From the NCBI GenBank assembly GCA_001784175.1, contig MFPR01000004.1:310001-374000 (forward strand): a DNA stretch of 64,000 bases. The letters run 5' to 3'. Position 1 is the stretch's first letter. Each line of letters opens with the position of its first letter. A program made the position numbers and the translations under genes. This DNA comes from Candidatus Lindowbacteria bacterium RIFCSPLOWO2_12_FULL_62_27 (lineage in GTDB: Bacteria; Lindowbacteria; 2-12-FULL-62-27). The notes below the pieces were generated by a model that worked only from the letters and a program-made list of their open reading frames with translations, was not told the DNA's origin and did no database searches. This document shows positions 57,339 to 64,000 of this stretch, piece by piece.

Positions 57339-58951
57339 ACGCGGCCGCTTTTTCGGGTCGGACGCTTTTTCCTGGACCGGTAGAGCTTGTGTTCGATGCC
57401 GTCCAGGATGGCCTGCCAGGAGGCTTCGATGACATTTTCGGAAGCGCCGACGACGTTCCAGGAGGTCCGGCCATCGGTGAATTCGATGAGGACCCGGACG
57501 GTGGCGCCCGTGCCGGCCGCCGCGTCCACCACGCGGACCTTGAAATCGGTGAGGTGGACCTCGCGAAGCTCCGGATAGAATTTTTCAAGCGATTTGCGCA
57601 GGGCCTTGTCCATGGCGTTGACCGGGCCGTTGCCGTCGGCCGCCGAGTGTTCGATCTGGTCGCCCACCCGGACCTTGATCGTCGCCTCGCACCGGACGTC
57701 GCCGTTCTGCTCGCGCTCGTTGATCACGCGAAATCCGATCACCTCAAAAAAAGGCGACAGGCCGTCCAGGTTTTTTTTCAACATGAGTTCCAGGCTCCCG
57801 TCGGCCGCCTCGAATTCGAATCCGGCGCTCTCGAGCGTCTTGACCCGGTCGAGGACCGCTTTCACCGCGGGATCGTCCTTCCCGACCTTGAATCCCATCT
57901 CCCGGGCCTTATGAATGATGTTGCTCTTTCCCGAAAGCTCCGACACCAGGATCCGCCGGTGGTTGCCCACGCGGTCCGGATCGACGTGCTCATACATCCG
58001 CGGGTCCTTGCCGACCGCCGACACGTGGGCGCCGCCCTTGTGCGCGAAGGCCGACGCGCCGACGTAGGGCTGGCGGTGGTTGGGCGTGAGATTCGCGAGT
58101 TCCGCGACGTAATGGGAAATTTCGGACAGCGACGTCAGCCGGTCCTCCTTCACGTTCGTCCGGTATCCCATCTTGAGGACCAGGGCCGGGATGATCGAAC
58201 AGAGATTGGCGTTCCCGCAGCGCTCGCCGATGCCGTTCATCGTTCCCTGCACGTGAACGCAGCCTGCCCGGATCGCCTCCAGGGAATTGGCGACGCCGGT
58301 GTCGGCGTCGTTGTGGGCGTGGATTCCGAGCGGCGTCGAAATTTCCCGCCGGACGGCCTCCGCCACCGACCCCACCTCGTGCGGGAGCCGGCCGCCGTTC
58401 GTCTCGCAGAGCACAATACAGTCCGCGCCGCCGGTCGCGGCGGCCCGCACCGTCGCGAGGGCGTATTCGGGATTGGCGAAGTAGGCGTCGAAGAAATGCT
58501 CGGCGTCGTAAATGACCTCGCGGCCCTTCTGTTTCAGAAACCGGACCGACCCCTCGATCTGCTTCAGATTCTGGTCGAGCGTAATGCGCAGCGCGTCGCG
58601 GACATGAAAGTCCCAGCTCTTGCCGAAAATCGTGACGGCGGGCGTTCCGGCCGCGATCAGCGCCCGAAGGTTCGGGTCATCCGCCGGGCGGTACTTGGGA
58701 TGGGCCGTCGAACCGAACGCCGCGATCCGGGCGCGCTTGATCGGGACGCCGCGGATGAGGCTGAAAAATTCGCGGTCCCGGGGGTTGGACCCCGGATATC
58801 CGCCCTCGATGTAGTCGATCCCGAACTCATCGAGCTTCGCGGCGATCCGCAGCCGGTCCTCAAGCGAAAACGAAATCTTCTCAGCCTGCGCCCCGTCCCG
58901 GAGCGTCGTGTCGTATAGAAGAATCTTGGGACTGGCAAACGCCTGTTTCAT
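57335..58951 (-). CDS. cimA: Citramalate synthase
   Basis: YDTTLRDGAQ, EGGYPGSNP, YDAEHFFD, HAHND, FAHKGG, GPVNAMDKALR. Confidence 0.93.
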   Translation of the reverse strand: MKQAFASPKILLYDTTLRDGAQAEKISFSLEDRLRIAAKLDEFGIDYIEGGYPGSNPRDREFFSLIRGVPIKRARIAAFGSTAHPKYRPADDPNLRALIAAGTPAVTIFGKSWDFHVRDALRITLDQNLKQIEGSVRFLKQKGREVIYDAEHFFDAYFANPEYALATVRAAATGGADCIVLCETNGGRLPHEVGSVAEAVRREISTPLGIHAHNDADTGVANSLEAIRAGCVHVQGTMNGIGERCGNANLCSIIPALVLKMGYRTNVKEDRLTSLSEISHYVAELANLTPNHRQPYVGASAFAHKGGAHVSAVGKDPRMYEHVDPDRVGNHRRILVSELSGKSNIIHKAREMGFKVGKDDPAVKAVLDRVKTLESAGFEFEAADGSLELMLKKNLDGLSPFFEVIGFRVINEREQNGDVRCEATIKVRVGDQIEHSAADGNGPVNAMDKALRKSLEKFYPELREVHLTDFKVRVVDAAAGTGATVRVLIEFTDGRTSWNVVGASENVIEASWQAILDGIEHKLYRSRKKRPTRKSGRV

Positions 58952-59008
58952 GGGGGGCAGACTATCATACCGGCCGGCGGAAAGTCAGCAGGTGGAGACG
59001 GGCGCAGA

Positions 59009-59045
59009 CCCTCTTTCATCCCCCTTGCAAAGGGGGGAAAGAGGG
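59009..59045. repeat. REP-like hairpin
   Basis: CCCTCTTTC..CCCCCTT-GCA-AAGGGGG..GAAAGAGGG. Confidence 0.7.
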
Positions 59046-59086
59046 GGGTGACCCGTTTTGATCGACCGGTTACCGCAGGTGGAATT

Positions 59087-59591
59087 CGGTCGGTCAACAG
59101 CGGAGAACATAGGCCACGAATAAAACCTTTACCGTATGGTGGATATTTGTGACATTCGAACCCATTCGTGTTATATCTTTTCCGCCTTCTACCGACTTTC
59201 AATTACCCACATTCCCCCTCTCCCGCCTCTGGCGGGAGAGGGTCGGGGTGAGGGTGGCCGCACGGCGCGTCGATACCCCCCTCACCCCTACCCTCTCCCC
59301 CCGCTTCGCGTGGGGAGAGGGGGTTTGTGGGTAATTGAAAGTTCTACCGACCGCTCACACGCAGGTGAAAAAAACAGGTGACACCGCCGGTTGCATGATT
59401 TATGATGCGGCTTCAAGGGTGAAAGAAGCCCAGACGCCGCCCAACAAGCGGCGTCATGTACGGCCCCGACTAGTCCTCGCCGTGCGTAACCACAGCGCCG
59501 GAGAATAGGTGTGGTCGGGCCCGCAGGCGGGTGTCGGCAACCCGCAAAGGGCAAGGGAGCGGCGCGCCGATAAGCCGAACGGAAGCGCCGC
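59087..59591 (+). ncRNA. Putative guide scaffold RNA (single-guide/omegaRNA-like) for the downstream nuclease, interrupted by a MITE
   Basis: 59087-59121 pairs with 59164-59195 plus 59351-59353; further stems at 59355-59368, 59380/59535, 59409-59430, 59433-59455, 59465/59519, 59559-59591; G-U pairs favour the + strand. Confidence 0.6.
59196..59341. mobile_element. 146-bp MITE with REP-like interior
   Basis: Perfect 16-bp TIRs CTTTCAATTACCCACA (59196-59211) / TGTGGGTAATTGAAAG (59326-59341); flanking direct repeat TTCTACCGA (59187-59195, 59342-59350); internal CCCTCTCCC..GGGAGAGGG hairpins. Confidence 0.85.
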
Positions 59592-59602
59592 AAATTGCAC
59601 TT

Positions 59603-62600
59603 ATGGCTACAGAATTGGAACAACGATTGAATGAGTTTTTGGATTCTCTCCGCCTCGGAATAGATTTCGGCGAAGATTATGGCGGCATTGCATTGGTGCA
59701 GGCCAATCGCGTCCTTCACGCCGAAACGTTCGTCGATTTTCATCAGGCGACACTGAAGGATCGACGGAGAAATCGCCGGGGTCGCCGCACCCGACATGCC
59801 AGGAAAATGCGCCTCGCGCGCCTTCGATCATGGATCCTACGCCAAAAACTTCCGGGTGGACAACGCCTCCCGGACCCGTACGGCGTCATGCATTGGCCTT
59901 TCAAAACGAAAAAGGGGCATACGATAAAAACAGGTCTTGCCTCGCGTCAGGACGGCAAGCGGACCATTATCCAGAAATGTAAGATCGGAACTGCCACGCC
60001 CGAGGAGTTTGTATGCTCTCTGACGCTTCTTTTTCAAAAACGCGGATTTGTGTGGGAGGGAAGCGATTTATGCGAACTGAGCGACCAAGAGCTCGCCGAA
60101 GAACTCATGACTGTTCGAATTACCGAAGCAGTCGCCGCGGCGATAAAAGAGGAAATTGAACGCAGAAAAAAAGAGCCGGAAGATAATAAAGAAGGGGAAA
60201 TCGAGAATCTGGAAACGGTGCTTTGCGATGCCGTCAAACGCGCGCGATCGCCACGAACTCCCGAACACCGGAGTATCGTCGAATCGGATCTCAAGGATAT
60301 CGTCGACGGGTGGACGCGCAAAAATTGTCCGCAGATGACGGACATGTGGAAAAAAGAATTATCATGTCTGTTGAACAAGCATGTTCGGCCGGCCAGATTT
60401 GAAAACCGCATTGTCGCCGGATGCTCGTGGTGCGGAAAAATGGTACCACGCAAATCCAAGGTTCGGGAGCTTGCATACAAAGTCGTCGTCAAAAATATTC
60501 GCGTTGAAGATTTCACCTCCCGCCAACCTCTCACTGCGCAGGAGGCCGAATATTTTTCTCAACTGTGGGTCGATAAAGAGGCGAAGCCGCCAGCGCGGAC
60601 GGCGATCGAGAATAAACTCAAAAAACTGAAAGCTAGTCCGAAAATGGCCAACCAATTGTACGAATTGCTTGCGCCATCCGAACCCAAGGGCCATACGAAC
60701 CTCTGTCAACAACATCTCGAGATGGCCGCACGCGGCGCGTTTATGTGCAACAGACACCATGCCATCTGTGAGAATAATAATGGCGACCATCAGACAATCG
60801 ATTCCGTCAAAGAAGGCCGCAAACGCGCCGGGCCTCGAAATCCCTGCCGGGAAGATCGTGATCGCCGAATGATTCGACGACTCGAACAAATCCTTTTTGA
60901 AACGCCGGGCAAGCCCGGCAAGCCCAGTCACAGCATACCACGATTGATTACCATAGAATTTCCAAAACCGAATACTGCTCAAACGGCCGGATGCCCCCAC
61001 TGCAAGGAGAAGTTATCGCTCGATGCTCGCGTCAGATGGAAAATGGCGCGTCCGATGAAACTTGAAGCTTCAAATGATTCCACTCCATTTTTTTGCCCCT
61101 CCTGCGCCGCCGGGATCAAAATCACTTTGTACAAAAAAATGCGTATTAAGGAAAAGGAGATTGTGCAAAAATATTCTCCCAAGGATACGGATGTGCTTGT
61201 GAGGAAAACCGCCGCAGGCGGGTTGAAAAAGTTGAAATATGACATGTATCTCAAGGAAACGGACGGAACATGCGTCTATTGCGGAACATCCATTGGGTCA
61301 GGGCAGATTGATCACATCTTTCCGCAGTCTCGAGGAGGGCCCAATATCGATTACAATCTCATCAGCTGTTGTCGGACATGCAATGGAAACCTGAAAAAAA
61401 ATAAAAGTCCGTGGGAGTGGTTCGGGAACATCGACCAACGCTGGAGAGAGTTTGAAGACCGGGTCAAAAAACTGCCGGCACCTCAACGAAAAAAGGCGAT
61501 TTTGCTTTCAAGAGAATCGGCGTATCCGGAGAATCCAACGGCGCTCGCCCGGGTTGGCGCCCGCACAAAAGAGTTTATCGGACGCATTAAGCAAATGCTT
61601 CTGGCCAACGGTGTGAAGGAAAATGAGATCGCAGATAATTACGAAAAAGACAAAATCGTTATCCAGACCATTGACGGCTGGATGACCAGCCGACTTCGCG
61701 GCTGCTGGAGGACTTTCCCGGACGGTACGGCAAATTTTCCACCCAAAAACGATGCCGATAAAAGAAACCACGCCCAAGATGCCGTATTGATTGCCGCTTG
61801 CCCGCCACACACATGGCGAGAAAGGATATTTACGTGGAAACCGGAAAATCCGTATTTTTCGGTATTACAGAAAATCGCGCCGCGTTGGAAAGACCATCAG
61901 GCGACGATGAAAATCTTGGGACGCTATTTTCCCCGATGGCATAATCAGAATTCTGATATTCAATTCGTCCATCAGCATAAAACTCAAAACGGCACCTCCT
62001 ACACAATGAGAGACACGGTCGAAAGCATCGATGTCGGCACCGACAAAAAGGGGGGCAGCATCGAAAGGATTTACTCCAAAAGTTTCCGGGATTTTTTTAG
62101 CCGGACCTTTAAGTCCCTCGGAATCAAGATGGCAATGAATGAAATCCCGAAACTCAAGAGTCAATGGTTGAATGAAAGGCGGGCTGCTTGGATGAAGAAG
62201 AATCCGGCAACGCCTGTGCCGAACCAGCGGGAACGTGCGTGGGAAGCATCATTTCCAAGACGTCTACAATTCGATATGGGCTATGGCGAAGACGTTGCGG
62301 AGGTCAACCCCAAGAATGGCCCGTCGAGATTTGTTCGCGCCCAGCCTGTCAACGATCGGATTGAAGTTTGGACGAACGACGTCAGACAGGCGCAGATTCG
62401 TACTGTGAAGAATCGGATTCTGTTTCGGCACATCCAGGACAATTCACCGCAGGGACGGACTCTTGAAAGAATTTTCCGGAGAAACGACATGATTCAGTTG
62501 GATGCGGTTCAAAAAAGGGGGAGAAAAGGAATAACTGGAAAAAGTTACGAGGCCGGTGAATATATGGTCGTTAAAATCGAGAAAGGCGGAAAATTTACGG

Positions 62601-62734
62601 CCGTTCCGGCGCACAGGGGGAAAGGCAGAGAAAATCAGCGCCAAGTTTCGCAGCGTGAAATCGCCAAACTGTGCGGGGTTTCGCTTTCTCCGAAAAGGCG
62701 GAAGCCATCCCGCTCAACGAGCGAAAGCGGTTGA
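59603..62734 (+). CDS. cas9: Compact Cas9-like RNA-guided nuclease (split RuvC + HNH), about 1043 aa
   Basis: RuvC-I LRLGIDFG; Arg-rich bridge helix RRRNRRGRRTRHARKMRL; QKRGF; RuvC-II ITIEF; HNH CVYCG..IDHIFPQSRGG..NLISCCRTCN; RuvC-III NHAQDA. ATG 59603 preferred over track GTG 59531, which lies in the structured RNA. Confidence 0.85.
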   Translation: MATELEQRLNEFLDSLRLGIDFGEDYGGIALVQANRVLHAETFVDFHQATLKDRRRNRRGRRTRHARKMRLARLRSWILRQKLPGGQRLPDPYGVMHWPFKTKKGHTIKTGLASRQDGKRTIIQKCKIGTATPEEFVCSLTLLFQKRGFVWEGSDLCELSDQELAEELMTVRITEAVAAAIKEEIERRKKEPEDNKEGEIENLETVLCDAVKRARSPRTPEHRSIVESDLKDIVDGWTRKNCPQMTDMWKKELSCLLNKHVRPARFENRIVAGCSWCGKMVPRKSKVRELAYKVVVKNIRVEDFTSRQPLTAQEAEYFSQLWVDKEAKPPARTAIENKLKKLKASPKMANQLYELLAPSEPKGHTNLCQQHLEMAARGAFMCNRHHAICENNNGDHQTIDSVKEGRKRAGPRNPCREDRDRRMIRRLEQILFETPGKPGKPSHSIPRLITIEFPKPNTAQTAGCPHCKEKLSLDARVRWKMARPMKLEASNDSTPFFCPSCAAGIKITLYKKMRIKEKEIVQKYSPKDTDVLVRKTAAGGLKKLKYDMYLKETDGTCVYCGTSIGSGQIDHIFPQSRGGPNIDYNLISCCRTCNGNLKKNKSPWEWFGNIDQRWREFEDRVKKLPAPQRKKAILLSRESAYPENPTALARVGARTKEFIGRIKQMLLANGVKENEIADNYEKDKIVIQTIDGWMTSRLRGCWRTFPDGTANFPPKNDADKRNHAQDAVLIAACPPHTWRERIFTWKPENPYFSVLQKIAPRWKDHQATMKILGRYFPRWHNQNSDIQFVHQHKTQNGTSYTMRDTVESIDVGTDKKGGSIERIYSKSFRDFFSRTFKSLGIKMAMNEIPKLKSQWLNERRAAWMKKNPATPVPNQRERAWEASFPRRLQFDMGYGEDVAEVNPKNGPSRFVRAQPVNDRIEVWTNDVRQAQIRTVKNRILFRHIQDNSPQGRTLERIFRRNDMIQLDAVQKRGRKGITGKSYEAGEYMVVKIEKGGKFTAVPAHRGKGRENQRQVSQREIAKLCGVSLSPKRRKPSRSTSESG

Positions 62735-62785
62735 CAAACTTGTTTTTCAACCGTCGGATCCGAACGACGCGCGGCACCCATCAAG

Positions 62786-62814
62786 TTGACATCCCCGGCG
62801 TCCGTACGGATACT
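62786..62814 (+). promoter_or_regulatory. Sigma70-like promoter for the DUF4160/DUF2442 pair
   Basis: TTGACA-17-GATACT, with a TCCGTACGGA palindrome overlapping spacer and -10. Confidence 0.45.
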
Positions 62815-62907
62815 CAATTATCAGTTCAGACATACTCCCCGTCTTCCCATCGGGTCCTTCAGGATAGCCGAGACCAGGATGCCGGGTAGATTCTTTTTGG
62901 AGGTCGG

Positions 62908-63144
62908 ATGCCGACGGTCTTAAGAAAGGGGCCGTATCGTTTTTTCTTTTTTGCCGGTGATCGCGGCGAGCCGCCGCACGTTCACGTTGAGCGTGACAAC
63001 AAGGTCGCCAAGTTTTGGCTGGAACCGGTTCGGTTGTGCGGGAGCGGGGGATTCTCACGGGCTGAAATTCGCCGGATACTCAAGTTGGTGTTCGCTTATG
63101 CGAGTGAATTGAAGGAGGCGTGGCATGCGTACTTCAACGGTTAG
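62908..63144 (+). CDS. DUF4160 family protein (putative TA component)
   Basis: MPTVLRKGPYRFFFFA.D..EPPHVHV..AKFWLEP..AW..YF; GGAGG RBS. Confidence 0.88.
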   Translation: MPTVLRKGPYRFFFFAGDRGEPPHVHVERDNKVAKFWLEPVRLCGSGGFSRAEIRRILKLVFAYASELKEAWHAYFNG

Positions 63145-63454
63145 GACGGAAACGCCGCTTGCGGAAGACGTGACGCTGACGGCCGACACGATCCATGTCG
63201 ATTTGAGCGACGGCAGAACCATCTCCGCGCCGCTGGCGTGGTTTCCGAGGCTTCTAAACGCGTCGCAAAAGGAAAGAGACAACTGGCGGCTGATCGGCAA
63301 GGGACAGGGCCTGCATTGGGAAGACATCGACGAGGATATCAGCGTTGGGAATCTCCTGATGGGTCAGGCATCCGGCGAAAGTCAGCAGTCTTTCGAGAAG
63401 TGGCTCTCGGCAAGGAAACCCCGCCGTTCAACCTCACACGGACAGCGACGCTGA
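63125..63454 (+). CDS. DUF2442 family protein (putative TA component)
   Basis: DLSDGRTISAPLAWFPRL..GLHWEDIDEDISV; overlaps the DUF4160 gene. Confidence 0.88.
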   Translation: MRTSTVRTETPLAEDVTLTADTIHVDLSDGRTISAPLAWFPRLLNASQKERDNWRLIGKGQGLHWEDIDEDISVGNLLMGQASGESQQSFEKWLSARKPRRSTSHGQRR

Positions 63455-63549
63455 ATACAAAAAAGTGAATATCTTGAAATCCCGTCAACCGGACGGTAAA
63501 CTCGAGTCGTGAAAAGAAAACGATTCCGCTCGACATCGGAGGTGGCCGT

Positions 63550-63834
63550 ATGAAAAAGGAAATGACGGTTGAAATTCCGTTCGGGGACGAAGGATATTCC
63601 GTTTTGAGCCACTTGAGAAATCTTTTCGTCCATCCGCTGGGCGAAGGCATGCCTCATAACGACCTTTCACTTTCCACAACTACCGGCATTCGAATTCCGC
63701 GGCTACGGAAGATTCTGGCAGTGTTTGAAAAAAGTGGATTTGTCAGTATCGAGCGGTCAGGGAACTACCGATGGTTTATATGGATTGAGGGGGAGGGCCT
63801 TCAAGTGTGTGAGAAAATGATGAAGGCGGGATAG
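63550..63834 (+). CDS. Small wHTH-like hypothetical protein
   Basis: GGAGGT RBS; LSLSTTTGIRIPRLRKILAVFEKSGFV resembles a winged helix. Confidence 0.55.
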   Translation: MKKEMTVEIPFGDEGYSVLSHLRNLFVHPLGEGMPHNDLSLSTTTGIRIPRLRKILAVFEKSGFVSIERSGNYRWFIWIEGEGLQVCEKMMKAG

Positions 63835-63845
63835 GCGGAACGAAG

Positions 63846-64000
63846 TTGGTAAAGACTGTTTTTATCGCGCACGACTATTATGAAATAGGGGGCCGAAAAA
63901 GGAAGTACCGGCGTCTTATATCAACAGCCCTCAAACATACCGGCTTTCGTCCCACCTATGCCGATCACGCCATCCAAAACGTTTCAATATTGAAGGAAAT
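63846..64000 (+). CDS. Partial ORF at window edge, possibly TIR / nucleoside 2-deoxyribosyltransferase-like
   Basis: Manual translation from TTG 63846: MVKTVFIAHDYYEIGGRKRKYRRLISTALKHTGFRPTYADHAIQNVSILKE, open to the window end. Confidence 0.45.
   Translation, partial: MVKTVFIAHDYYEIGGRKRKYRRLISTALKHTGFRPTYADHAIQNVSILKE

Noticed and set aside
54567-58918. Long plus-strand ORFs (938 aa, 509 aa) and similar antisense ORFs across the window
   Set aside because: Shadows of valS, cimA and other genes caused by high GC3; no motifs.
58984-58999. Possible degenerate second repeat (GTCAGCAGGTGGAGAC vs GTCAACAGCGGAGAAC at 59093)
   Set aside because: Similarity is short and gapped, too weak to call a relic array without homolog alignments.
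59531-59602. 24-aa N-terminal extension of the nuclease from GTG 59531
   Set aside because: It overlaps predicted RNA stems and has no PLMP-like motif; ATG 59603 puts RuvC-I near the N-terminus as in Cas9.
59603-62734. Calling the nuclease IscB, TnpB or Cas12
   Set aside because: HNH inside a split RuvC excludes TnpB/Cas12; size and lack of PLMP argue against typical IscB.
58952-64000. CRISPR array near the Cas9-like gene
   Set aside because: No run of direct repeats with regular spacing was seen; the ATTGAAAG/CTTTCAAT motifs are inverted MITE ends, and GTTTCAAT near 63981 lies inside an open reading frame.

Overview
GC-rich bacterial chromosomal window, mostly housekeeping: a polyphosphate cluster (partial PPK2, two thymidylate-kinase-like genes, CHAD), rarA, a tandem-thioredoxin protein, 6S RNA, an AT-richer RlmL-like methyltransferase, addB/addA, an amidase, initiator tRNA-Met, a phosphatase/nucleotidase operon, a Type I R-M island with a half-size HsdS, nadB, a lacD-like aldolase, signalling genes, a Phd-VapC pair, a type II secretion operon (gspC-N), rusA, valS and cimA. 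The stand-out is at the right end: a compact (~1043 aa), Cys-rich Cas9-like RuvC+HNH nuclease (59603-62734) with no cas1/cas2 and no CRISPR array in the window. It is preceded by ~650 bp of non-coding DNA that, folded by eye, reads as one RNA: a 35-bp repeat:anti-repeat-like duplex, a short nexus-like hairpin, a multibranch domain and a terminal hairpin abutting the ATG. This suggests a natural single-guide/omegaRNA-like scaffold. A 146-bp MITE (16-bp TIRs, 9-bp direct repeat) sits inside the 3' arm of that duplex. A second notable signal is a 69-bp palindromic repeat inserted in-frame inside addA (twice), the amidase and gspD. All calls come from motif recognition by eye; no searches or folding programs were run.
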